A stretch of DNA of 64,000 bases from Hyphomicrobiaceae bacterium. GTDB lineage: Bacteria; Pseudomonadota; Alphaproteobacteria; Rhizobiales; Hyphomicrobiaceae. The notes below the pieces were generated by a model, which was not told the DNA's origin, ran no database searches, and saw only the letters and a list, made by a program, of their open reading frames with translations. The stretch is taken from assembly GCA_031429105.1 (NCBI GenBank), contig JANOYV010000090.1, positions 2,161 to 66,160 of the forward strand, in the 5' to 3' direction. Of the stretch, positions 10,450 to 19,725 are shown in pieces (position 1 is the first letter of the stretch; every line of letters starts with the position of its first letter). The translations under genes were made by a program, and so were the position numbers.

Positions 10450-10705
10450 TCGTTCCCACGTCGCTTGTCTCAGCGGGCCTGCATGATGAATTCAGTGCCA
10501 GAGCCCCGTCGATAGCCGTACCGCACCCCAACACCAGCTTCAACGGACCCGGCCACGTTGTCCTCGTTATTTGTGGCGTCCACACCAACGAAGAGACAGG
10601 CATCCGTCGGGTCCGGTATTGCCCGCCGTGCACCACGATTGTGTTGGGTTAACAGTGCCCCGCGGCAAACATAAGGCATGACTGCCGATGCTAGCGTGCA
10701 CCGCC

Positions 10706-12175
10706 CTACTTTACCGGTTGATGGCGACCATGAGTTTCCCAGAGATCATGCGACTCGCGCCGACCGTCAGCATGCGAGATGCTGAGCCCCCACCACTTCC
10801 GCCGCACATCGCTGTAGTGTGCCTCAGCGTCATAAACCTCGGCGCCAAGGCCCAGAACCTCTGCGTTCATGCGGCCAACGGTCACAAACACATTGTAGGC
10901 GCCAACGACAAGATCACGCTGGTCGGTAACGAGTGTCACTTGCGCATTCAGCAAAGCCTGCTCTGCGTTGAGAACGTCAAGCAACGTGCGCTGACCTACT
11001 TTTTCTTCCTCGCGCACACCGTTCAGAGCTGTCTGACTAGCTTTCACCGAAATCTGATCCGACTGAAGTCGCGCCCTAGTCGCCTGCAGTACCGACCATG
11101 CAGCAATGGCGGTTGCCGTCACCTCGGTGCGGTTTTGTTCGACCTCCTGGAGCCTACTCACATGCGTGTGCTTCGCCTGACGGACGCGTGCATGGACTTC
11201 GCCTTGCTGATAGATCGGCACGTTGAGGCGGCCAACGAGACTCGACGTCTCCGACTCGTCGGTGAGTTTGGATGGCTCAAATCGCTTCGTGTAATTTCCT
11301 TCGAGCTGCAGCGTTGGCAGCAACTCGCCCCAAATCTTATCGACGGTATGCCGCGCGGCCTGCTCACGATAGAGCGCACCGACGACATTGGGATGTTCTT
11401 GGGTCGCAATTGATGTTGCCTCGGTTACCGACTTGGGCAACATCTTCTCAGGTAGCCGTGGCTCAACGAGGTTGCTCGGCGGACGCCCGACGACGCGCTC
11501 ATAGGTCGCCCGACTGGTCTTTAGGTTCGCCCTCGCCAGATCAAGCGCTGCAACTGAGATTGCCCGCGATGCCTCAGCCTGCGCGACGTCCGTCCTTGTC
11601 ACTTCGCCGACGGCGAACCGATCCTGAGTGGCTTTTAATTCCCGACTAAGAACGGTGACGTTGTTCTCACGCAGCCGCACGAGTGATTGATCGCGCACCA
11701 CGTCCATATAGGCCGTCACAGCCTCCTGCAGAACCGTTTGCTCCTGCGCGCGCAACGTTTCGCGGCCGGCCCGAACCAGAGCCTCTGCCTCACGGACAGT
11801 ATTGATCGTGCGAAACCCACGAAATAAAGGCTGCGTTGCATTGATATTGTAACCACTCGGGTTCGTCTGCCCATTGGACGTCGAACTCGGCACGGTGGTT
11901 GAACGTTGAACGCCGATATCGGCGGAAGCTGCCACATTCGGACGATAGCCCGACAGGGCCCGCGGAACTTCCTCGTCGGTCGCCCGCAGTCGCGCACGCT
12001 CTGCATCAAGCTTGGGATTGTTCTTGTAGGCAGAGTTCATCGCCTGCTTGAGCGATTCAGCCGACACGGGTGCCGCAACAACGCCGACGAAGAGAACAGC
12101 CAAACCCGCCAAGGCAACACTGGCGCCCAGCCCACCTCCAACGTATGTCAAAGTCTGTCGCAGACTTACAGCCAT
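10706..12175 (-). CDS. tolC: TolC-family outer membrane efflux/type I secretion channel
   Basis: ORF 10706-12208. The ATG at 12175 has GGAG 6 nt upstream. A signal peptide is followed by ..AESLKQAMNSAYKNNPKLDAERARLRATDEEV.. and the duplicated OEP repeat architecture. Confidence 0.9.
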   Translation of the reverse strand: MAVSLRQTLTYVGGGLGASVALAGLAVLFVGVVAAPVSAESLKQAMNSAYKNNPKLDAERARLRATDEEVPRALSGYRPNVAASADIGVQRSTTVPSSTSNGQTNPSGYNINATQPLFRGFRTINTVREAEALVRAGRETLRAQEQTVLQEAVTAYMDVVRDQSLVRLRENNVTVLSRELKATQDRFAVGEVTRTDVAQAEASRAISVAALDLARANLKTSRATYERVVGRPPSNLVEPRLPEKMLPKSVTEATSIATQEHPNVVGALYREQAARHTVDKIWGELLPTLQLEGNYTKRFEPSKLTDESETSSLVGRLNVPIYQQGEVHARVRQAKHTHVSRLQEVEQNRTEVTATAIAAWSVLQATRARLQSDQISVKASQTALNGVREEEKVGQRTLLDVLNAEQALLNAQVTLVTDQRDLVVGAYNVFVTVGRMNAEVLGLGAEVYDAEAHYSDVRRKWWGLSISHADGRRESHDLWETHGRHQPVK

Positions 12176-12446
12176 CTTGACTCCAATCAGGCGCGTCAAC
12201 CCAAGCACAGCGAACGGTAAACCTTACGCCCGCCCCCAACCCGCTTAGATCGATTCCCCTGGGGCCTAACGCCCGCATCCCAATATTATTAACAAGTTAG
12301 TAACTTTCAAGCTGAGTCGAATAAAGCGTATTCAGCAGTCGTTCAATTGGTTCTGCGTTGCCAGTGGCTCGCATCCCACACCTACGACAAATCGGATTAT
12401 CCCAACAATTACCTGTTTTGCTGACCTTGTTCCAGTCCGTTGACGC

Positions 12447-12974
12447 CTAACTCGACGGTCGATGGCGCATCCGATCCAGCGCTCCCTGCAAAATAATTCC
12501 GGCTGCCATCTTATCGATCACCTCGGCACGCCGCTTTCGAGTTGTGTCAGCTTCAAGAAGCGTGCGCTGCGCGGCAGCCGTCGACAGCCGCTCGTCCCAC
12601 AACAGTATCGGTAATTGCGACAACTTGTTGATATTACGCGCAAAAGCACGCGTTGCTTGCGCCCTTGGGCCTTCCGTTCCGTCCATATTCACGGGTAGAC
12701 CCAGGACAAACCCTGCAATGCTGTGCTGCGCTGCGATTGCCAATAGTCGCGCTGCGTCGGGCGTAAATTTCACACGCTTGATCGTCTCAAGCGGGGTCGC
12801 AATTGTTCGGGAGACATCCGACAGCGCCAGGCCGATCGTCTTCGTTCCAAGGTCAATGCCGATCAGACGGCAGCCAAGCGCTAAGAGATTCGCAAAATCA
12901 GCAGCGCCTTCAAGCGTGATGCCCATTGCAATTTGAGCGGTGATTCCCGTTGAGACCGGTTGATCTTGTGTCAT
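12447..12974 (-). CDS. ruvX: YqgF/RuvX putative pre-16S rRNA nuclease (Holliday junction resolvase-like)
   Basis: ..RLIGIDLGTKTIGLALSD.. and ..GLPVNMDGTEGP..WDERLST.. motifs. The alternative ATG at 12926 would give a more typical 159 aa. Confidence 0.88.
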   Translation of the reverse strand: MTQDQPVSTGITAQIAMGITLEGAADFANLLALGCRLIGIDLGTKTIGLALSDVSRTIATPLETIKRVKFTPDAARLLAIAAQHSIAGFVLGLPVNMDGTEGPRAQATRAFARNINKLSQLPILLWDERLSTAAAQRTLLEADTTRKRRAEVIDKMAAGIILQGALDRMRHRPSS

Positions 12975-13160
12975 GCGCCCTTATGGCTGGCGATATCGAT
13001 CCAGAGCCCATATATATCGCAAGTCGGCTTGTCGAGGCTGCGGGCGCCGCAGCATCGCCGACGCGAAGCAAGGAAATTACCCGCTTTCGAAGCCCAATCG
13101 ATCAGATCGCCCCACGAGTGACAGCTGCATGCATGAGTTGCAAGGAATCGGTCGCCGTAC

Positions 13161-15488
13161 ATGACCGATCAATTAGAGAGGGCCCTCATGCGGGCGCCTA
13201 ACAGCTTCGCACCGGTCGTTGCCTTTACGGCAACGACGTTTCTGTCGGCGTTGTTGCTGTTTTCAATCCAACCGATGTTCGCCAAGATGGTTTTGCCGGT
13301 ACTTGGAGGCTCCCCATCGGTATGGGCGGTGGCGATGTGCTTTTTTCAAGCAGCACTCCTTGCTGGTTATTGCTGGGCACATGTACTGACGACGTACCTG
13401 CCGCGTTACGCGGTGGCCACTCATTTGGCGCTGGGTGCGTTGGCGCTTTTGGCGCTGCCGATTAGCTTGCCGGCCTCGGTTGGGGAACCACCCACCGGCA
13501 ATCCGTACTTCTGGCAACTGGGGCTATTCACGCTGAGCGTCGGGCTGCCGTTTGTTGCGGTCGCGGCCAATGCGCCTCTCATGCAAACGTGGTTCGCAAC
13601 GACAAGCCATCCGAATGCACGTGATCCCTACTTTTTGTACGCCGCCTCCAACCTTGGCAGCCTCATTGCACTACTTGGCTATCCACTGATTTTGGAGCCA
13701 TTGTTAGGCGTTCGTGCGCTGAGTTGGATTTGGACGGTTGGTTTCGTTTTGCTGTTGTTGGCCATCGCTGGTTGCGCTTGGGTCGCGAACCTCGGATTTG
13801 GACGGGCATCAAGCACGACATCAATAGGCACAAGCAGCGGTCAAGAAGAGATTGCATTTCCGACGTGGCTGCAGCGCGCCGGATGGGTTGGGCTGGCGCT
13901 GGTGCCTTCAGCGCTGCTGACGGCGTTTACCACCCACATCGCAACCGATGTCGCATCGGCCCCGCTGATCTGGGTGATCCCGCTCTCGCTCTATCTTTTG
14001 ACATTTGTACTTGTGTTTCGCGAACGTGCGGTGATCCCGACACGCCTGCTGCTCATCGTACATATGGCAGCTGTCGTGATCGCGCTCGTACAGCTGTCGC
14101 AAACACGACACGATGGATGGTTCATCTCGGCGGCAACCGGCCTAGCCGTTTTCTTCTCAAGCGCAATGGTAGCCCATCGCACACTCTATGAACTGCGACC
14201 CTCAGCCCGCTACCTCACCGAATTCTATCTGTGGATGGCGCTCGGTGGCAGCCTTGGCGGATTGTTTGCCGGCTTGATCGCGCCGCAGTTATTTTCGGAA
14301 GTTTACGAATATCCCATTCTGCTGGCGCTCAGCATGGCCTGCCGTCCAGGCGCTCTCAAAGTAGTGCGCGGAAGCGGCGAAGGCATGCGGCTCTGGTTAA
14401 TTGCGGCAGCTGGCATCCTTGCGCTCTTTTGGTTTCCGTGGGCGCTCGAAAAGCTACCTGTTTCAGCCGACGTCGCCGACACGATCCCACGCGCCTTAGC
14501 GACTGTCCGCGCGACCTTCGATCGCTGGGGACATGCTGCATTTCTATGTGCACTCTTTGGCTTATCAATGCCGTTGTTGTGGTGGCATCCGCCGCGCCAG
14601 CTCGTGGTCGGGCTGCTGATGGGGGCAACCGTTGTCTTGCTGCCGTCCGCCGTCAAGCAAGGTGAGGCACAACGCAGCTTCTTCGGCGTTTACCGCGTAA
14701 CAACATCCTACGACAATGAGTTCAACATTCTGAAGCACGGCACGACGTTGCACGGCGCCCAGCGCGTGCGAGAGGCCGATGGCACTTTGGTTGTGGATAC
14801 GACACCGGCGACCTATTACTACCCCAAAAGCCCAATGGCGCATTCGATCGACTTCGTGCGCGCGGCCCTCGCAGCCGACGGACGTAAGGGCCGTTATGGG
14901 GTGATCGGTCTCGGCACGGGGTCACTCGCCTGTTATGCGCAGGATGACGAAGCGTGGCGCTTCTTCGAAATCGATCCGGTCGTGGTCGGCATCGCACAGA
15001 ACGCCGAGAACTTCTCTTTCCTAGAGACATGTCAACCAAACCTCGACGTTGTGATCGGCGACGCGCGATTGACAATGGCGAAGCAGCCAGACGCCTCGTT
15101 TGATTTGATCATCGTCGATGCGTTCTCGTCAGATGCCGTGCCGGTCCATTTGATGACAGCCGAAGCACTTCGCCTCTACGCATCGAAGCTGACGCCGACT
15201 GGTGTCGTGGTGCTCCACATCTCGAACCGATACCTCGACTTAGATAGCGTGCTCGGCGCGACGTTGCCGCTGGTTCCGGAGTTAGGTGGCGTGCTGCTGT
15301 CAGACGATGAAGCCGATGGATCTTACGCGCAGTCAACATCGACGGTTGCTGCATTTTCCAAAAGCCCAGCCGCACTTGAGGTGTTTCGCGCGTCGCCTGA
15401 GGCCCGCCCGCTGGACGCGAAAACCGTAAAGCCCTGGACCGATGATACGTCGGACGTGCTGGGGCCATTTTTATCGAAGTTAAAGTAG
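13161..15488 (+). CDS. fused polytopic membrane domain / spermidine synthase-like (SAM-dependent aminopropyltransferase fold) protein
   Basis: 775 aa. The N-terminal roughly 480 aa is highly hydrophobic with many TM helices. The C-terminal part has ..GVIGLGTGSLACYA.. and ..FDLIIVDAFSSDAVPVHLMTAEAL.. typical of the spermidine-synthase fold. Confidence 0.8.
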   Translation: MTDQLERALMRAPNSFAPVVAFTATTFLSALLLFSIQPMFAKMVLPVLGGSPSVWAVAMCFFQAALLAGYCWAHVLTTYLPRYAVATHLALGALALLALPISLPASVGEPPTGNPYFWQLGLFTLSVGLPFVAVAANAPLMQTWFATTSHPNARDPYFLYAASNLGSLIALLGYPLILEPLLGVRALSWIWTVGFVLLLLAIAGCAWVANLGFGRASSTTSIGTSSGQEEIAFPTWLQRAGWVGLALVPSALLTAFTTHIATDVASAPLIWVIPLSLYLLTFVLVFRERAVIPTRLLLIVHMAAVVIALVQLSQTRHDGWFISAATGLAVFFSSAMVAHRTLYELRPSARYLTEFYLWMALGGSLGGLFAGLIAPQLFSEVYEYPILLALSMACRPGALKVVRGSGEGMRLWLIAAAGILALFWFPWALEKLPVSADVADTIPRALATVRATFDRWGHAAFLCALFGLSMPLLWWHPPRQLVVGLLMGATVVLLPSAVKQGEAQRSFFGVYRVTTSYDNEFNILKHGTTLHGAQRVREADGTLVVDTTPATYYYPKSPMAHSIDFVRAALAADGRKGRYGVIGLGTGSLACYAQDDEAWRFFEIDPVVVGIAQNAENFSFLETCQPNLDVVIGDARLTMAKQPDASFDLIIVDAFSSDAVPVHLMTAEALRLYASKLTPTGVVVLHISNRYLDLDSVLGATLPLVPELGGVLLSDDEADGSYAQSTSTVAAFSKSPAALEVFRASPEARPLDAKTVKPWTDDTSDVLGPFLSKLK

Positions 15489-15495
15489 CCGATGC

Positions 15496-16983
15496 CTACT
15501 CGTCTTGATCCGCGCGCCGTTCATCCATTCCTGGTGCCAATTGCGTTTCCTGACGACCGTCAGCGTGCGTAATTGAAAGGCCAAACCACTTCCGACGAAC
15601 TTCCTGATAGTGCGCTTCAGGGTCGTAAACATCATTGCCCAACGCCAGTCCTTCAGCGTTGAGGCGACCGATGCTCGACAACAACGTGTATGCCGCGACC
15701 ACCAGATCACGACGGGTTGTGACGAGTTGAGCTTCGGCCGAGAGCAGTTCTTGCTCAGCATTGAGCACGTCGAGCAACGTGCGTTGTCCAACTTTTTCTT
15801 CCTCGCGCACGCCTTCAAGGGCCACGCGATTAGCCTCGACCTGAACCGTATCCGATTTCAGCTGTGCGCGGGCCGATGTCACCCGTGACCATGCCGATGT
15901 CGCACCGGCTTGGCTTTCGGCACGCGCCTGCTCGATCTCCTGGATGCGCGACACGTGCGTATGCTTTGCTTGGCGCACGCGCGCCTGGGTCTCGCCACCT
16001 TGGTATAGCGGAACGTTAACGCGACCAGTGATGCTCATCGTCTCTTGTTCGCTCACAAACTTCGACGTTTCGTTGCGATGCTGATAGCTCGCCTCAAGCC
16101 GGACGTCAGGCAGCAATTCGCCCCAGATCTTGTCCACGGCATGTCGTGCCGCCTGCTCGCGATATTGGGCTGAGACGACATTGGGGCTCTCGCGTTCGGC
16201 GATACGAACGGCTTCATCCACGGTCTTCGGCATTGTCGGAAGCCGCGTTGATGGGTCTGTCAATTGACCAGCTGCATGACCAACGACGCGCTGATAGGTG
16301 GCCCGACTGGAGCGAAGATTGGCCTTCGCGCCATCGAGCGCCGATACCGCCTTAGCGCGACGGGCGCGCGCTTGGGCGACATCGGTTTTAGTTACTTCCC
16401 GCACCGATCGGCGGGTTTCGGCTGCATTCAAATCTGTCGTCAGCACCACGACGTGGTTTTCGGCGAGCCGGACGAGCGCCAGATCGCGGACCACATCGAC
16501 GTAGGCCGTAACAGCGTCGAGCAGCGTGGTACTTTCAACTTGCCGCAGATTTTCACGGCCAGCCCGCACAATGGCTTCCGCTTCCCGCACCGTGTTGACG
16601 GTTCTGAAGCCGGTAAACACCTGTTGCGTCACGTTCAAGCCATAGCCCGTTGGCTTCGTATCGCCGGCACTGGTCGTCACAGGCTTGCTGGTCAACGATT
16701 GCGCGCCGACGTCGGCAGTACCCTGAACCGTGGGCAACCAGCCTGAACGCGCGCGCGGCACTTCCTCATCGGTCGCCCTGAGGCGGGCGCGTTCGGCGTC
16801 GATCTTTGGATTGGTCCGATACGTGTTGTCGAGCGCTTGGCGTAGACTTTCAGCCTGCGCCGACGTCGCTCCAATCATCGAGCCCGCAACCGCGAACAAC
16901 GCGATCAAGGAAATTGCAAGCACTGGCGCACGGTATCGCCGTACCCAGCGCTCCTGATCGACAACCCGCACCATTGATCTCAC
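15496..16983 (-). CDS. TolC-family outer membrane channel, paralogue of 10706-12175
   Basis: 495 aa with ..AESLRQALDNTYRTNPKIDAERARLRATDEEV... It aligns along its whole length with the first TolC, including a 20-nt identical stretch actttttcttcctcgcgcac. Confidence 0.9.
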   Translation of the reverse strand: MRSMVRVVDQERWVRRYRAPVLAISLIALFAVAGSMIGATSAQAESLRQALDNTYRTNPKIDAERARLRATDEEVPRARSGWLPTVQGTADVGAQSLTSKPVTTSAGDTKPTGYGLNVTQQVFTGFRTVNTVREAEAIVRAGRENLRQVESTTLLDAVTAYVDVVRDLALVRLAENHVVVLTTDLNAAETRRSVREVTKTDVAQARARRAKAVSALDGAKANLRSSRATYQRVVGHAAGQLTDPSTRLPTMPKTVDEAVRIAERESPNVVSAQYREQAARHAVDKIWGELLPDVRLEASYQHRNETSKFVSEQETMSITGRVNVPLYQGGETQARVRQAKHTHVSRIQEIEQARAESQAGATSAWSRVTSARAQLKSDTVQVEANRVALEGVREEEKVGQRTLLDVLNAEQELLSAEAQLVTTRRDLVVAAYTLLSSIGRLNAEGLALGNDVYDPEAHYQEVRRKWFGLSITHADGRQETQLAPGMDERRADQDE

Positions 16984-17151
16984 CCGTGTTCACAAGGCGC
17001 AGACCAGCAATTGCCGATCACCGCGCCAACGCGTCCTCTGCGCACGCCTCGACCGTGATCGAGATGTGCTCAGGGCGGATTGGCTGCTGATTCGCTAAAT
17101 GAAAGGTAAAGCCTGACGCCAAGCCCCGTTTGACGTGCGGCCACGAAGGCC

Positions 17152-18690
17152 TTGTGTTCGCTGGCAGAGCGCGCCACTTACGCGAGGGTACTTGGAAAGT
17201 TCGAGGAGCACTGGTTCGTGGCGGCATCCGGTTTGCCAAACATTGCCGGTACGGCGCGCGATGCAGTGCGCAACACCGCCGCGTATTTGGCCGAGGTCAA
17301 CACTCCGACTATCCGATTGGGCGTGACCGGACTATCGCGCGCAGGCAAGACCGTGTTCATTGCAGCGATGGTGCGCAACCTTATCGAGGGCGGTCGCCTG
17401 CCGTTCTTCGGGCCCTACGCACAAGGTCGCATCACGCGCGCCTACCTCGAGCCGCAACCGGATGATGCGGTGCCGAGGTTCGACTACGAAGGCCATTTGG
17501 TAGCAATTGGCGGCGCACCGCCGATCTGGCCGCAAAGCACGTCTCGCGTGTCACAACTGCGGGTCACGCTGGAATATTCGCCAACTGGCTCGTTGCGTCG
17601 TTTGCTCGGCCGGGCGCTGGGCAACAACAAGTTGCATATCGACATCGTTGATTATCCTGGCGAGTGGCTGCTGGATTTGGCGCTTTTGGAGCAAACCTAC
17701 GCCGACTGGTCGAACGCGTCGATCGAGGCTGCCAGACGTCCAGAGCGGTTGTCGGCGGCGGCACGATGGCTCGCGCACCTGGCAACGCTTGATGGCACAG
17801 CGTCCGCCAGTGAACCTGTTGCCTTCGAAGCGACGCGCATCTTCACCGATTATTTGAAGGGCGCACGGGCAACCAACGCTGTTGCAACTTTGGGTCCAGG
17901 CCGCTTTTTGCTGCCGGGCGAACTCGCGGGCTCTCCCCTTTTAACGTTCGTGCCGCTGCTGCCCGGGGCCGCCGAAGCCCCTACGCGCGGCAGTCTGGCC
18001 GCAATGATGCAGCGCCGGTTCGAAAGCTACAAAGCACAAGTCGTGCGTCCTTTTTTCGTCAACCACTTCAGCCGACTCGACCGCCAGATCGTGCTCGTTG
18101 ACGCGCTCTCGGCGATCGATGCTGGACCAGCCGCGGTCGTAGATCTGACGACCGCACTTACCGGCGCTTTGAATGCATTCCGCCCCGGCGCATCCTCCTG
18201 GCTGTCGCGGATCGTCGCGCCGCGCATAGACCGCATTTTATTTGCCGCAACGAAGGCGGATCACCTACCCAGAGCCAGCCATGATCGTCTTGAGGCAGCG
18301 CTCGGCCTCGTAACAACCAGAGCGATCGTGCACGCGCGGTTCGCCGGCTGCGAGGTGAAGGTACTGGCGCTCTCGGCCCTGCGCGCGACCCGCGAGACAG
18401 AGGTTCGCCAGAATGGCGAGTTATTGCCGTGCATCGCTGGCGTACCATTGCCGGGTGAAGTCTTCGAGGGGCGAACGTTTGATGGCACCAAGGAAGCCGT
18501 ATTCTTTCCAGGCGATCTGCCCAATGACCCGGCCACCGCGCTCGCTCATGGTCGGGGGGCGGATGTGCGCATCATCAAGTTTCGACCACCCCGCATTGCA
18601 GCCAGCCCGCACGCCGTCACGCCACCGGAATGGCCGCACATCAGGCTCGACCGTGCACTCGATTTCTTGATCGGAGACCGGCTCGCATGA
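17152..18690 (+). CDS. ycjX: YcjX-like P-loop NTPase
   Basis: ..IRLGVTGLSRAGKTVFIAAMVRNL.. (Walker A in the YcjX context), ..DIVDYPGEWLLDL.., ..ATKADH... The start codon is uncertain. Confidence 0.85.
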   Translation: MCSLAERATYARVLGKFEEHWFVAASGLPNIAGTARDAVRNTAAYLAEVNTPTIRLGVTGLSRAGKTVFIAAMVRNLIEGGRLPFFGPYAQGRITRAYLEPQPDDAVPRFDYEGHLVAIGGAPPIWPQSTSRVSQLRVTLEYSPTGSLRRLLGRALGNNKLHIDIVDYPGEWLLDLALLEQTYADWSNASIEAARRPERLSAAARWLAHLATLDGTASASEPVAFEATRIFTDYLKGARATNAVATLGPGRFLLPGELAGSPLLTFVPLLPGAAEAPTRGSLAAMMQRRFESYKAQVVRPFFVNHFSRLDRQIVLVDALSAIDAGPAAVVDLTTALTGALNAFRPGASSWLSRIVAPRIDRILFAATKADHLPRASHDRLEAALGLVTTRAIVHARFAGCEVKVLALSALRATRETEVRQNGELLPCIAGVPLPGEVFEGRTFDGTKEAVFFPGDLPNDPATALAHGRGADVRIIKFRPPRIAASPHAVTPPEWPHIRLDRALDFLIGDRLA

Positions 18691-19721
18691 GTGACGCCAT
18701 ACCCCCCAGACGGCCGCGCGTATTTGAGCCCGACGATCCGTCGATCATCCCTGCACCCGCAGAACCGGCAGATGACCGCAGTGCCGCGCCGCCGTCACGA
18801 CCAGGCGCTTTTTCCGGGCCGGGCCGGGCCGATCTTGCACGCGGATTTGCATGGGGATCGATGTTCGTCGCTGGCGCCTTGTCACTTGCTGGGCTCGCTG
18901 CCAGTTTGTCATTCGCCAACTTTGTGACGGTGGCCTTCCAGCGCGACGATTGGATCGGCTGGACGGCAGTCGGGTTGGCTGGGGTTGTCGCGTTGGCTGG
19001 CATGGTGATACTCGGTCGGGAGTTGGTCGGATACTGGCGACTGCGACGCTTGGGCGAACTGCGCAAAACCGCTGATCGTGTGCTGCTTAAGCCCGATCTG
19101 AAAGCGGAAGCGGACATTGCACAACGCTTGATCCAGTTGCTTGATGGGCGACCTCAAATGACTTGGTCGCTCGCCCGCTTCCGTGAGCACCGCCGTGATG
19201 TGCACGACCCAGGCGATCTCTTAGCATTGGCTGATCGGGAACTTATCGCCCCGATCGATAACGAGGCCCGACGACTGGTCATGAGCAGCTGCAAACGGGT
19301 TGCAGCCGTGACGGCGATGTCGCCCTGGGCGTTGATCGCGTTTGGCTTCGTGACAGTTGAGAGTTTGCGAATGATGCGCAAGCTTGCCTCTCTCTATGGG
19401 GGACGGCCGGGCTTTCTGGGTACGGTCAAACTTGCGCGGGTTGTGGTTGGCAACTTGATTGCATCGGGTGGTGTCGCACTGACCGACGACCTGCTAGGCC
19501 AATTCATCGGTCAGGATGTCTTGCGTCGCCTATCCCGCCGATTGGGCGAAGGGGCCTTCAACGGCGCCCTCGTTGCCCGTCTGGGCACCGCTGCCATCGA
19601 GGTTGCGCGCCCCTTGCCGTTTATCGAAACAACGCCGGTTCGCGCGCGCGATTTCGTAGCGGAGTTGTTTCGCAAAGGCCCACCGACGGCAGCGGAATCA
19701 CCTAAAGATAAGCAATCATAG
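18687..19721 (+). CDS. ycjF: YcjF-family (UPF0283) membrane protein
   Basis: The ATG at 18687 overlaps the ycjX stop (ATGA). ..AVTAMSPWALIAFGFVTVESLRMMRKLASLYGGRPG.. matches the YcjF signature region. Confidence 0.8.
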   Translation: MSDAIPPRRPRVFEPDDPSIIPAPAEPADDRSAAPPSRPGAFSGPGRADLARGFAWGSMFVAGALSLAGLAASLSFANFVTVAFQRDDWIGWTAVGLAGVVALAGMVILGRELVGYWRLRRLGELRKTADRVLLKPDLKAEADIAQRLIQLLDGRPQMTWSLARFREHRRDVHDPGDLLALADRELIAPIDNEARRLVMSSCKRVAAVTAMSPWALIAFGFVTVESLRMMRKLASLYGGRPGFLGTVKLARVVVGNLIASGGVALTDDLLGQFIGQDVLRRLSRRLGEGAFNGALVARLGTAAIEVARPLPFIETTPVRARDFVAELFRKGPPTAAESPKDKQS

Positions 19722-19725
19722 ACTT

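Noticed and set aside
12283-12298. TTAA-N7-GTAAC near-CtrA box upstream of the first tolC
   Set aside because: There is one mismatch to TTAA-N7-TTAA, it lies in an AT-rich patch and it occurs only once. That is not enough to call a regulatory site.
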